From Selaginella moellendorffii (Eukaryota > Plantae > Lycopodiophyta): 64,000 bases of DNA. The stretch spans positions 1,535,950 through 1,599,949 of the forward strand of contig NW_003314295.1 of the NCBI RefSeq assembly GCF_000143415.4. The letters run 5' to 3'. The position numbers and the translations under genes were made by a program. This document shows positions 47,980 through 60,402 of the stretch, one piece after another; position 1 is the first letter of the stretch, and every line of letters starts with the position of its first letter. The notes beneath the pieces were generated by a model. It was given only the letters and a program-made list of their open reading frames with translations. It ran no database searches and was not told the DNA's origin.

Positions 47980-48131
47980 AGGAACCGAATTCTTTTATCT
48001 CTTCGTCTGTATATTTTAGTGTTTGGATTTCACGAGTGAGAGCCCCTAACACATTAGACGTGAAAACACAGCGATCCAAAATAACAGCTGCTTACAAAAT
48101 GGCCAAAGTTTCTCTTTGTCTTCGAACACGC

Positions 48132-50545
48132 TCACGTTCCCTTGATCTTCCTCGAGGAAGGTGGTTTTCGGAAAAGGTCGTCCAATCCCTGGATAAGAAA
48201 ACTATGAGCGCTGTTTGCAGCAAAATTTGTCACTACCTTTGTTGTTACAAGTGCAATCACAAAAAGAAGCCCGAGGTATGAGCCAACAGCCAGCATAACT
48301 ACCAGATCGAATGTCACGCTCGCGACCTGGATAGCGAAATCATGTTAAACATGTTTTAGGAGATGCAAAACCGACCTGGAAAATGCTGAGAACGAACTTT
48401 GTTGAGTCGTAAAACGTGAAGGATGAGTCCATTGTCTCGTGTTGGATTTTCACGTCCTCGATGCGATCCGCAAGTTCCTGCTTGCAAAATACACGTTAGC
48501 GATGCAAAAGGAATGATGAAACAGCGCGTACCTTGTGAAAGGCAGCAATGATTGGAGAGTTTCTGGACAAAAATGGGGCCATTCTAGGCGTTCGCGAGAG
48601 TAAGTTCAACCAACCTTGAACGTATGAACGGCTGACTGCTAGATTACTCCCGTCGGCAAAGACTGTTATATGCTTGTCTTGTTGATCGTATATGTATCTC
48701 TGCAAAAGTGTGCTCGACTAAATACAAGAGAAAAAAGAACCAAAGAAAATGTGACATACAGCTAAAGATTCTGCAACGAGCTTGGTGCTCAGGATCACTT
48801 GCGTGATGTTAGCCCTGTACAACAATTTGAGACGTCTGTGCTCACACAAAGTTTCTGTAAAATAATTACCTCGTGTCCACAATACTTCCCGCATTTTCTA
48901 GAAGCTCTGGAGGAGTTTCAAGCTCCGACAACGTGGCAGCCGTTATTCTCTGCCTGGAAAATTGCTCGTGCTCCCAAGCGACCTGACAAATGGAAAACAA
49001 ATTCAGCTTAATCCAAAAGATGCAGCTAGACAAGAATTTCTCACCCGTGAGCTTGAAATGTTGATCTTTTTGTGCTTAACCTCGACCGTTAGTCCCAACT
49101 CTGTCGCTACTTCAGAAAGTCCCTGCAAAAACAAGAATAATGAAACGAATTCCGACAAAAGCACTTATCAAATAAACCTCGTGTATTTGTCTGATATAAG
49201 CGTTTTCTGGTGGTTTAGAAACATGCAACCACAATTTTTCCCCAGATATAGAGCCAAGAGAATTGAGGCATATCGCATAGTCGATGCTCTCCCTAAGCCG
49301 TTGGTCAAAGCTCTTTAACCACTGTGAAAAAAATACCAAAACAATCGAAAACAAAGTTGTATGAACTCAAGCGTACCTTAGAAGTACCCTCGTAATCGTA
49401 AGGCCCTCCAGCAGTCAAGGCAAAGAGAAGGTTGTACCGACCCCTCGTTTTCGGATTGGCATACAGACGAGAAAATAGCCGAGCAATCTCCAGGAGTGCG
49501 ACAGCGCCACTTCCGTTGCTATCAGTCCCAGCAGGAATCCCCTGTGCATCCATCACGAATCCAGAGGTCAACGAAGAGTCCACTGCGATGAGAAAAAACA
49601 CAAACTCAACTGGAGCCGCCCCAAAGGTATCATACCATGCTACTATAGCTATAGTTTGGACAACAGAACTATCACCCTCGCTTCTCAGTCCAGGTAGCCA
49701 TGCCTGTCAAGTTGTAGAAACGTAAAAACCAGAAGACAACTATTTTGAAAGTATTCTCGTTACCTGGATGTTAACGAGCGATGGAGGTGGAATTTTTCTG
49801 GGCTCAGGACCGGAAATAACTAGCTTAAACCTTGAATAGAATCCCAGTCAGGAAGGTTTTCAAACAGTCGCAGAAAAAATCACTTACCCTCCAGTGGTGG
49901 CAGTGGCAGGCTTCCCCGCTAGATCGTTCGCTATAACTTCATCCAACAAAGCTTTGAGACTTGGGGTCTCGTAGACAAAGTAAACAGGATACTGTCAAAG
50001 AAAAAAAAACCTTAAGCCCCGGCCTTGTCATAGAAAACATCGGCAAACTTACAGGAACGTTGTTCTTGATGATCCAATTCTCAAGGTCACGCTCGACCTG
50101 GAGATTTTCATCCGCATCTTCGTCTTTGTTATCGTCGCCATGGCCTTTCTCCGGGAGCAAGAGCAAGAGTCCACCCAAGATTCGCTTTCCTTGAAGATAC
50201 TCTGAAGCATTGGCACAGGTACGTTTGCAACAAATCCGATAGAAAACCAAAAGGCTAGACCTGAACATCCATCTTACCATTGAGGAGCGTAATGTTGACC
50301 TTTGCAATGGGAAGAATCACGACAGACCTGGTAATGTCGGATCCAGGCACAGACAGTCCGGAGCTAGCGTGGTGATTCAAGCTCGCGCGCCGCGACCCCA
50401 TTGGAATCCCTCGCAAATCGTACTGTATCGCGCGATAGACATCGAAGACGGAGGCCGCGTCGCACAGATCGATGTAAGCCGCGACGAGGAAGAGCAGCGC
50501 CAGGAGCGTGTGCCCGGACACACACACCAGCTGCATTCTTTCCAT
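48132..50545 (-). CDS. NCLN: Nicalin (M28 peptidase-like ER membrane protein), spliced
   Basis: Signal peptide; FDVYRAIQYD...GSRRASLN; AWYDTFGAAP; DSNGSGAVALLEIARLFSRLY; C-terminal TM FDLVVMLAVGSYL. Confidence 0.9.
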
Positions 50546-50669
50546 GGATCGTACAGCGATCGCTAGCTCACCTGTGAGAGTGGAGCTCGCCTCTCTGGCG
50601 CTAAAACCCTAAAACGCACAGTGAGAAAGGAGATTTGCCCTAGACCGAAAAACGAAGAACGAAGAGAGA

Positions 50670-51161
50670 ATGATAATCCAGGTGCGCTGCGATTGTGGCG
50701 CCCAATGCAAGCAGTGGGCGATCATCGAGCTGCAGGGCTCGATCGAGCTCCAGAACCCCGAGCAGCAGCTCCAGGGCCTGGAGATTGGATCGCTTTGCCG
50801 GGCAAGCGAGGTATGTGTGAAAATCGATGAAAATCTTGCTCACATTGGAAATCTCTCGATCGATTCAGGGCAAGTTCTCCTTCACTGTGGGCTATCACGA
50901 GCTCGAAGGCCGCAAAATGACGCTTAAGAAGCCATTGCTCGTTCTCCGAAGCTCCAAATCTCAAAACCCCCGAGTAGATGAAGCGCCATCCTCGTCGGAT
51001 TTGGAAGTGGTGGGCGTTGTACGGCACAAGATCTTGTTTAAAACCCGGCCAAAGGCGCTCATCTCAAGTAAGAACTCCTTGTTCTCTGGTACATTCTGGT
51101 TTTTACCTTGGTTGTTCCTCCAGAGCCAGAGGTGAAAAGTAAGAAGCCACGCCAGGAGTAA
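50670..51161 (+). CDS. CTF8: Chromosome transmission fidelity protein 8
   Basis: WAIIELQG; VGYHELEGRKMTLKKPLLVL; VRHKILFKTRPK; 2 short introns. Confidence 0.9.
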
Positions 51162-51490
51162 ATCGCCGCCACGTTGGATATGAAGAATTGCCACGTAGAG
51201 CCCGTAAGTTGGGGGATGTGCGACACGCGTCCTTGTGACACTTCACGCCAACCGCGGACACGCGTCGCAAGATCGCTACGCTGGGCGATGGTTTAAAACC
51301 CAAAGCTGCCTCTCCACTGGGGAACTATCTACACACTAGAGAGCTACCAATCTATCAGAGGTGTGGGATAGAGTTTTTTTTTGCTCTAGCTCTAGGAAGG
51401 GTCTCCCATCTTCGTCCTCCTCTCGAATTTCTTCCACCTCTCTTTCGATCTTACGTTTTCTCGTAGAGATCCCGTCGAGTTTTCGCTAGA

Positions 51491-51932
51491 ATGGCGAGGA
51501 AAGTAGCGCCCGCAGCTAAGAAGCACAAGAGCACGACCGGGGCAGTGGTGAAGAACAAGGTAACGAGCCCAATGGTGAAGTTCGTGGACATGAGAGCCGC
51601 GAGTGGCGAGAGAATGGCGACTGTGCGAGCGAAAATGGCCGAGAAGTTCAAGCATATGAAGGCGTCGCTTCAAGTATCTATGGTGCGGTTCCGGCATCCC
51701 ATCAATCCGGTTCACAGGGTCGCCGCTCGGGAGGCTGCTCGAGAGACCAAAGCAGCAGCAACAGGTACAGTAATATCGTAATCTCTAGATTTATTCTATG
51801 ATTCAACTTCACTCCTTTGATTTTCCAGAGAGGAGAAGGCAGGCTGTTGCTGCTGCCAAGAACACCGCTTCAAGGAAAAGAGCGTTGATCCGTGAGAAGC
51901 GAGCACGAGATTTGACGAGGACTGTGGCATAA
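51491..51932 (+). CDS. Small basic, Ala/Arg/Lys-rich helical protein, possibly LEA group 1-like (2 exons)
   Basis: ORF 51491- plus an in-frame second exon (ERRRQAVAAAKNTASRKRALIREKRARDLTRTVA*); only weak resemblance to LEA_1. Confidence 0.45.
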
Positions 51933-52069
51933 GTGCCAGGATAAAAAAAACCACTGATTGTGTATAGTGTACAGTACAAGCATATGGGTTTTGAAGTTTT
52001 GTCAATCTTTATAAATTTTCTTGTTGACTAAAAGCTTATGTACTGCAAAGAATCGTTTTTACAGTCGCT

Positions 52070-52640
52070 AGAGCATAGAGAGTTTTAAGAACTTTCGACT
52101 CTGATTTATAGATATGCAGTGATCAAATAACTGTATCACTTGTTTCAGGTAGACTGCTCAATTCAATGCATACCCGCAATCTTTGTTCGATTTCCATCCG
52201 AGAAGCTCTCATGCAATATCAAAAATGCTACCATTCGTTTTTACAAGGGGAGTATGCCGTCGACTACAGTGCATTTGCATTCCCCTATGAAATCATCTCC
52301 GAAGTTGTGGATGGTGTTACAAGCTTCCCAGAGCCTGAAAAACGAGATGCCGTCGATCCTTCTACAGATTTCTGCTGGCAAGTTTTCTAGAATCTCTCAT
52401 TAATTTTGGAGGGTGTTTGAACTATCTGCGGGAAAATGGGTTTGCAAATTTTTACAAGGTCTTAGAAATCTCACCTTTCTTTCGTGCAGAAAAAGCCTTG
52501 GAAGAGTGTATTCTCACCCTCCGTAGGTGATTCTTTGTCCCCATACTACATATATGAAGGTAACTTCAAGTAAGTTTCAACTTTGGCTGAAAGCTTTGTG
52601 TAGATTATGGAGAGAAGATCAAGCACTCCATGTTACTTAT
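52070..52640 (+). pseudogene. Deleted, degenerate copy of the neighbouring Dabb gene
   Basis: Near-identical blocks, e.g. agcctgaaaaacgagatgccgtcgatc.ttctacagatttctgctggcaagttttctag (52332-52390 vs 54972-55030) and tgtgtagattatggag; introns are included. Confidence 0.85.
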
Positions 52641-53223
52641 ATAAATTTCGTGACATAGAGTATCGATAAAAGTGACAAGGTTTATCTGGGCTTTCTTCAA
52701 ACCTGTGAAAGGCTGCCGCCAAGGGGAGGTCATATACGGAAGAATTGAGCGTCCAGTCAATCGTGTGGCTGCCGGTCTGAGAGACGTGTGTATAGAGGTT
52801 GGCCCCAGCTATAAGAAGCAGCGTGTTTTATTGTTATCAACTCGAAGTTCGCCAACATACTTCTGTGCTAATGATCCCATCTAGACGCCCAAAGCTTGAT
52901 GATAGAACGCACTCTTCTCATGTTTTTTTATCAACTCTATATACAATACCTGAGTAGTCGAGCTTTGCGATTTCCTTAATAACACCTTAACCAGGAACAT
53001 CAGGGGTTCTTGGACTAGAAATAAAAGGTTGGCTCGGGAACGATTTGAAGCTAAATAATGCGAGAAGAGACGAAACATTACCAGTTTTCACCTCATCCAC
53101 TATGTCAGTGAATCTCACCGCTCCTGATGCTTTGGAGAGAGATTTCTGGCTTACTGAAATATCTTGTCTTTGAGATTCGATTCTATACAAGCTATTTGTT
53201 TGCACTGAAAAGTTCTCGCTCGT

Positions 53224-53685
53224 TTATTTTTTCTTCGTCGTGGAGAGTTTCCTCGATTTGGAATGTCGCTGCTGTGACGATTCCCCGCGCGCTGCCTGTG
53301 GCCAGTGCCGCTTGCGCTGGTTTATAAACCAGTTGTTTATCTGCCTTGGTTTCAGCCAGGTGGATTGCGCCAGATTAGACTTTTCGTCTCCCTGTCCAGC
53401 ACAACGAAGCAATATGTCAAAATAAAGAAGCAATGGAAAGGACACATTGAAAGAAACTCACATTGGGATATGGATGATCCTGGTGCTGTGACCACCAGTC
53501 CAGCAGCTATTGCCTTGCTACCTTGGGGAACTTTTTCTTCTTTTTCTTCTTGAAGCAGTCCTCCATCAGGCCCCTGATGTAGCTCTTCATCAGCGTCTTC
53601 ATCATGAGCTCCTTGTTGCCCGCCAGTGGATCCAAATCGGTGTCCACCTCTCCAAGATCGGCCTTCTCCATGACCTCGTTCTCGG
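53224..53685 (-). pseudogene. Class I KNOX 3' fragment (ELK + TALE homeodomain) with a premature stop
   Basis: DPLAGNKEL...KKKKKKKFPKVARQ*LLDWWSQHQDHPYP / [25 protein letters not shown]; TAG at 53507-53509; exons 53685-53462 and 53391-53224. Confidence 0.88.
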
Positions 53686-54293
53686 CTGCCAAAACCAAAG
53701 AAAAAACCCAAGAACGAGCGTTAGTTCCAGAGGAAAGGAGGCGTTCAGCTGAAGGAAAGCCGTACAACCGCCAGGGTCTTTCGTACACAGGCTGTCTAGG
53801 AAAAGAATGCGGACTGGAAAAACTGTGAGATCAAAAACTTTCTGCAGTATTTCAGAAGAACTATCGAGACCGAAAAGGCTCTCTTGATGATTCGCTGCAA
53901 AGACGGTTCAGAAAGACAAGCATCGGTTCTGCAGAGTGATTCAGAGCTGCAAAACCAACTAGCACACTTGCAGGACGCGGCCCAAGGTATCAAAATCTTA
54001 GCCCACGAATTTATCAGCTGCTGCTCGGCGTTTGCCAAATAAAAAGAGAAGGATCAATTGCTTGGCCTCCCCCTTGAAGGCTTATATGCAGTGATTGACT
54101 CAGCAGTCAAGTCCTCCACAAATTGCTCTCCTCTCGATTCTTCCCGGTTTTTCTTTTGCTCCAAGGGGGTCTCACTAGCTTAACTTCTTCACCCATAATC
54201 CAACGGACAGTGACACCGCCACGTCACTCAACATTCTTTTTATAGAACTGTAGGGTGAACTTTTCCACTAAAACTTAGGTCATTCAAAGAGAG

Positions 54294-55434
54294 ATGGAGG
54301 GCTCTGACCCCGACTCGCAAATCGTTGCTCCGGAGGGAATGAGGTGTAGTTTTACATTTCGCTAGAACATAGAAAGAGTTTCGACTTTGATTTGTAGCGT
54401 CGTGGTGGAGCATCCGGTGATTTTCAAGATGCCTCGCCTCCAAAATGACAAGGAGCGCGAGGAAGTTATCCTTGGGTGTCTCTACGAGCTCAAGGGAAAG
54501 TTCCCAGATCTGATAACACTCTCTACAGGTTTCCGTGAAAACGATGTAATGTATATCATGTTTCCACTCTTTCCAGGCCGACTGCTCAAAGAAATCGATG
54601 GATGCACTCACGCAATCTTCGTTCGATTTCCTTCTCGAAAGGCTCTCATCGACTACTACACCTCCGAGCAGCTTATGGAAGTTATACTGAAGATGCTACC
54701 ATCCCTTTCGGTGAGCTCGTAAAATTCCAGAGATTTCTTACCTTTTACTGTGACTAATTCAGGGGGAGTATACAGTGGACTACAGTGGATTTGCATTCAA
54801 CGATCTCGTAAAGGTTTTTAAATCCCGAGGAATTTTTTTTTCCTTGCGAATTTTTTTATCATGTCTCTTGCTCTACAGGAACACGAAAACAGTGTTGTCC
54901 ATATAACATTCTGGAAGTTCGCCGATGAAATCACCTCTGAAGCTGTGGAGGATGTTATGAGCTCTCTCTACAGCCTGAAAAACGAGATGCCGTCGATCGT
55001 TCTACAGATTTCTGCTGGCAAGTTTTCTAGATTTTTCTTTCTATGACTAATTTTTTGGAGAATTTTTCAGGTTCGAACAACTATCTGCGGGACAAGGCCT
55101 TTTCTCATGCGTTTGTTGCACGACTCGCCTCAGGTTTCCAAATTCCTTACAAGGTTTTTAGAATGCTCACTGAAAAACCATTTCGTTCCTGCAGAAAATA
55201 CCGTGGAAGGGTTCTACTCTCACCCTGCGTACGTGAAGGTAAGTTCATGAAAGTTTCAACTCAGCTTAAAAGATTTCTGTGTAGATTATGGAGGAGAAGA
55301 TCCAGCCTCATTGCACGCGAATTCTTTCGGCCGATTTTACTCCATACTCTCCACCCTTGGCAGGGTAAAACCAAAACTTTTAACTCAGTTTTTTTCCCGT
55401 GATTCTAGTTTTTTCTTCCAGGCCTCGACTTTGA
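54294..55434 (+). CDS. Stress-response A/B barrel (Dabb) double-domain protein, UP3-like, predicted C-terminus PRL
   Basis: VEHPVIFK...THAIFVRF and VVHITFWKF...SHAFVARL...YSHPAY; the last spliced exon gives ...AGPRL*. Confidence 0.82.
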
Positions 55435-55603
55435 CGAATCCAACATTTTGGAGTTCGATTTGCATTTACTTGCTGTAATCGACTCAGCTAGTGCATGCTA
55501 CTTGTCCTCCATGCAAAGACACAGTTCCCTTCTATAAAATCTAATGGATTCCATTCCCAAGAGAAGGAAAAGAGAGAAGATCATCGATCAATCTGTCGCT
55601 GCC

Positions 55604-56092
55604 ATGGCTTATTTCTCCTTGTTTCTCTCGCTTCTCTTTGGGCTTTCTTCTCTAGCGGCAGCCTTTCACAGGTTTGAGGATTCGGGCGCCTCGGCCATCG
55701 ATTCCGCCAGAATGATGCTCCGGAAATACAATCTCCCCGAAGAGCTCTTCCCAGTTTCTTTCGTCACATACTTTTCTTTCGACAAGGAGGATCGCGCCTT
55801 CCACATGAGATTCGAGACATTGTGCTATGTCAAGGTGAGCGACGAGTACCTGTGGTACGGCGAGGAGGTGAACGGGAGGGTCATGTACGGACGGATTGAA
55901 GACTTGACCGGCGTCCAGTCAAAGGTCCTCCTCGTGTGGCTGCCGGTCAGGCAGCTCCACGTGGACGACGCGAAGAGCGGCTACGTGTACTTGGACGTGG
56001 GCCCCATCTACATGAAGCTGTCCGCGTCAGCATTCCAGTCTCAGCTCCCATGTCATAACGACGACGCGGGCGTGTTTTCACTCGTCTCGTGA
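55604..56092 (+). CDS. DUF538 family protein with signal peptide
   Basis: MLRKYNLPEELFP...CYV...YG....G...YGRIEDLTGVQSKVLLVWLPV...F...C. Confidence 0.88.
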   Translation: MAYFSLFLSLLFGLSSLAAAFHRFEDSGASAIDSARMMLRKYNLPEELFPVSFVTYFSFDKEDRAFHMRFETLCYVKVSDEYLWYGEEVNGRVMYGRIEDLTGVQSKVLLVWLPVRQLHVDDAKSGYVYLDVGPIYMKLSASAFQSQLPCHNDDAGVFSLVS

Positions 56093-56389
56093 GTGAGATT
56101 TAAATCTGTTGTGAAATAAATAGCATCGTGGCCGTTGGTTTTGAAACACAATCATTTTAGCATGGTGTGACCGATCACCGCGATCATACTTTGGAGTCTT
56201 GTCTAGGGTTGGCGCTCGCCATCGATCTCGTGGGATTTCTATGAAAATGCGGGCTCTATGCGATCCCGGGGATGGCTGCATTGGATTCCTGGTGTGGATT
56301 TGGAATTCGTCGGGGGATTGGATGATCCACGGCGGCAAAGGTAATCACAAAAGCATCGATGTGAGTATCTTCGATGATCTGTGGCAGGG

Positions 56390-57837
56390 AAGAGGATTTC
56401 TGCGGTGAAACCTTGTAACACTTCCATCTGGTGGGATATTGACGACTGTTGCCCTCATCCCGATGTGAATCCGATGGATATTTCACGAAGAATTAACGAG
56501 TTCTTGCGAGAGAATGGAATTTCAGGCCTCGGCCTCATCCCGATGTGAATCCGATGGATATTTCACGAAGAATTAACGAGTTCTTGCGAGAGAATGGAAT
56601 TTCAGGCCTCGGCCTCATCCCGATGTGAATCCGATGGATATTTCACGGAGTTCTTGCGAGAGAATGGAGCACCAGTGGATTGATTTCCATCTGGTGGGAT
56701 ATTGTCCTCCCGATGTGAATCCGATGGATATTTCACGAAGAATTAACGAGTTCTTGCGAGAGAATGGAGTTTCAGGCCTCGGCCTGTGGTGATTCACACA
56801 AGCTATCTGCAAACGTCCAGAGAGCGCTATACAACACAGGGATCAATCTTCACCATTTTGTCTCGGGTAAGAACACAATTCTTGGAAGCTTGGAATAACT
56901 AGCGAGCATTTTCAGGTTCGAAGGGTGTTAGCCAGAAGGCCATGCTCGTGAGCATGGCATTTTGGTCGAAGGAAAATCCTCCTCCCGCCAATATCGTCCT
57001 CATCTCTGGAGACGATGGTTTCTCGGTAATCCTTCATCAGCTTCGAATGCAAGGCTTTCGCATTTTTCTGATCCGTCCACAAGGTGGCTCGTGCGTTGCT
57101 GAATCTTTGCTTGATGCAGCGACGAGCATTTGGCACTGGGACAGGGTCGCGCAAAGCTCTCCGAAGGAATCGAAGAGTTTGGCTGGCTCGAGAAGAAAGA
57201 ACTACCATGGCCGACCAGTTATCCGCGGCGCCTTGACAACTTTGAGGAGCGAGATGCTACCGTCAACCGAGGAGAACATCTACAGGTGCATCGTCAGCAG
57301 CACCGTGGTAACCTTCAACCTTCCAGAGGCCCTTAACAATGGTGTCAGCAAACTTTACATTCCCACCGATGAACAGCCTTGGTATTTCATCAGCACTGCC
57401 GACTATCGAGAGTATGGACCACAAGTCTGGGATGACCTGCGCAACTTTCTGAGCAGCAATTGGGTACCATTGTCTTTCAGAGGAGTGATTTTCGAAGGAA
57501 CCCATGCTCGGAGCTCTTTCATGACATCCTCTCGCGGGAGAAATGTTGCTGCCGAGGAATGCAGCAAGCTCTTGACCGGGTTCGGTGTCTCGCTTATGAG
57601 AATTGTGCATGGCGACCAGTTTTGAGGACGCGGCTTGATCCACAGCTTGTCCACAGCAGCCAAGTGTAAAAGGTTGCTAAGTTCCCCCAGAGATAGCGTC
57701 GAAAGTGGAACGTTTGCGGACTGTCTGATGGCTAGAGCGGCTTCATAGCTGGAAATCACCGCCGTGCGACATTAGAAACAGTTCTACTGGAGATGAAAGA
57801 GAAGCTTACATGTTTGCAGACTTTACGAGATCACTAA
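56390..57837 (+). pseudogene. NYN (PIN-like, MARF1/limkain-type) domain gene disrupted by tandem duplications and an internal inversion
   Basis: TSIWWDIDDC; MLVSMAFWSKENPPPANIVLISGDDGFS..LHQLR..GF.I.L; AL..LRSEMLPSTEENI..CI; the C-terminal motif lies on the opposite strand. Confidence 0.8.
56454..56785. repeat. ~80-bp tandem duplications (2 full + 2 partial/variant copies) in the NYN exon
   Basis: ctcatcccgatgtgaatccgatggatatttcacgaagaattaacgagttcttgcgagagaatggaatttcaggcctcggc is repeated. Confidence 0.92.
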
Positions 57838-58034
57838 GCTCAAGAACGATTTCGAGAAAGAACGCGATATCTACCACAGTCTGGAAGGCCCTTGTGAGAC
57901 AATTTCCAGGCATGACAGAACTCCGCTCCACCAAGATCTATCCAAACTAAAACCAGTATGGTACCAACTTTTTCTTTCGTAAAAATATTCAAGACTTTTT
58001 TAGGGCTTGGGCATTAGACTAGGGTTTTTGCGCG

Positions 58035-59770
58035 ATGGAAGCGCGATGGCGGGACATCGATTTCCTCCTCCAGCGCCCTGGGAAGCTCGTCAGCGATGGA
58101 TTCGAGCCGGGTCCAGAGGTATGCAGCGCTGCGCAATGTGTGTGCCTGGTGATAGGCAGCTCTCTTTCTCTGCAGCTCAGGGAATTCCTTCGCGACTTCA
58201 AAATTCTGGTGATAGGCGCCGGCGGCCTCGGCTGCGAGATGCTCAAGGATCTTGCGCTCTCCGGCTTTGGAAATATCGACGTGATCGACATGGATACGAT
58301 CGATGTCTCCAATCTCAACCGGCAATTTCTATTCAGGTGTGTGACAAAAACCATGCCAAACGAGAGTGAGCTTATATGTTCTTTCTTTGGTTTCGGGCAG
58401 AATGCACGATGTGGGAAAGCCAAAGGCTCAAGTTGCCGCCGAGAAGATTATGCAGCGTATCAAAGGTGTCACCGTGACTCCACACTACGGTCGGATTGAG
58501 GACAAAGACATTGAGTTCTACCGGGAGTTTCAGCTTATAGTTCTTGGTTTGGATTCACTGGAAGCTCGAAGCTACATCAACTCCATTGCCTGCAGCTTTT
58601 TGGGTAAAACTTCATGTTTATTGTTTCAGGTCGTGACTTTTATTTCTACTTTTCGCACAGAGTACAACGAAGATGGCGAGCTCGACATGTCAACTATCAA
58701 ACCAATGGTTGATGGTGGAACGGAGGGCTTCAAAGGCCATGCCCGAGTGATACTACCGGGATTCACGCCGTGTTTCCATTGTACTCTCTGGCTATTTCCG
58801 CCACAGGTCACTTATCCGCTCTGTACGCTAGCTGAGACCCCTCGGTCTCCAGCTCATTGCATCGAGTACGTTCACCTCATACAATGGGGTCAGGTATGAG
58901 ACACGTTTTTAGCTCATAGATTTTTCATGTTCTTATTGGCAGGATCGAGAAGGCGAGTCTTTTAATCCTGACAACCCGGAACATATGACGTGGATGTACG
59001 AGCAGGTGCTCATCTTCTACTTTTCTCTGTCATTGCCTTACTTGTTCTTTATCTTAGGCATTGAAACGCGCTGAGCAGTTTAACATCAGCGGTGTGACTT
59101 ACTCGCTGACACAGGTGCTGCGTGTCACTTTAAACTTTGTCCGGTTTTAATAGTATTCTTGGCAGGGCGTTGTTAAGAACATCATACCTGCAATCGCTTC
59201 GACTAATGCCATTGTTTCGGCCATTTGCTCCCTTGAAGCGCTCAAACTGGCAACGATGTGCAGTAAAGGCCTTGACAACTATATGATGTACGTCATGTGG
59301 GCTTTTCTTTCTTTGTTTCAATGCTACCATCGTGTAGGTACTCTGGAACTCAGGGTGTTTACACCCACACGGTCTCCTATGAGAAGGATTCAAGCTGTAT
59401 GGTTTGCAGTCCGGGAGTCCCTGTTGAAGTTGATAGTTCTATTACTCTGCAGGAGGTAGTCTATATAGAAAAGCATGCAGACAAGTTATTTGACTTTTTT
59501 CTTTCTTCTCTTGTGCAGTTCATTGACATGCTGCTCCTGGACGCGAGGTTTAAGGATAAGCTATCCAAGCCCAGTGTTTCCTTCCAAGGAACCAATCTCT
59601 ACATGCAGGCGCCACCGGTGCTGGAAGAGATGACACGACCAAACTTGCAGTCGTCGCTTCTCTCCTTAATGGGGTCAAAAGGCGTACTGAACGTTAATGA
59701 CCGAAAGCTGGCAGGCGTCCTCCGCGTCCAGGTTGCCTTCAGAAACGTTCCGACGCCCATGGCGGTGTGA
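58035..59770 (+). CDS. ECR1: NEDD8/RUB-activating enzyme E1 catalytic subunit (UBA3/ECR1), spliced
   Basis: [22 protein letters not shown]; [17 protein letters not shown]; [14 protein letters not shown]; [11 protein letters not shown]; [14 protein letters not shown]. Confidence 0.96.
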
Positions 59771-60348
59771 GGCCGGCCGGATTAGCATGTAAAGAGGTAA
59801 ACCCGGTGGTAAACAAGCTGGGAGGCTCTGTTTTTTTTTTGCTTTTTTGCGTTTTCTCTCTATAGATTTCCAGTGCTTCAAGCTGACCGCGTGCAGTGCA
59901 TTGATCGATTAAAAAGCGGCAGGAAACGAGAGCAGCAGCCAGTGCCGTGGAGTCCGTATCCTCTAAACACTCCCAGGGGAGGAGAAAAGAAGTGTAGACT
60001 GTTTAGAGTCTGGAGGCACGTGAACTCTTGTTGGGAATGGAGAAAGCGAGAAGCGAGCGGCTCCCATTGGTCGTCTGGAGGTACATTTTTATTCACGCCT
60101 GTCTTAAGTGACTAACTGGTGTTGATCGCTTTCTTTATGTGTTTTTGCTGGCTTCTCAGGTAACAGGAGAGTCAATGTGTAATAAGTTCAGCCGACGAGC
60201 TCGCCCGCTCGCTCCACCTTCCTGAAGGGATTCTTGGCAGTCCCCTGGATGGACGAGAATGGAGACGCATCGCGAGTCGCGAGAGAACCAAGCGCGGTGG
60301 TGGAAAGTCCAAAAACTTCGGTACGGTTTCCATGTGCATTTCCTGCGG

Positions 60349-60358
60349 TAGCAGCAGC

Positions 60359-60401
<43 letters not shown>

Positions 60402-60402
60402 G
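60349..60402. repeat. (CAG)n microsatellite
   Basis: gcagcagcggcagcagcagcagcag... interrupted run. Confidence 0.85.

Noticed and set aside
56454-56785. Repeats resembling a CRISPR array
   Set aside because: Eukaryotic locus; head-to-tail copies of coding sequence with no unique spacers and no cas genes.
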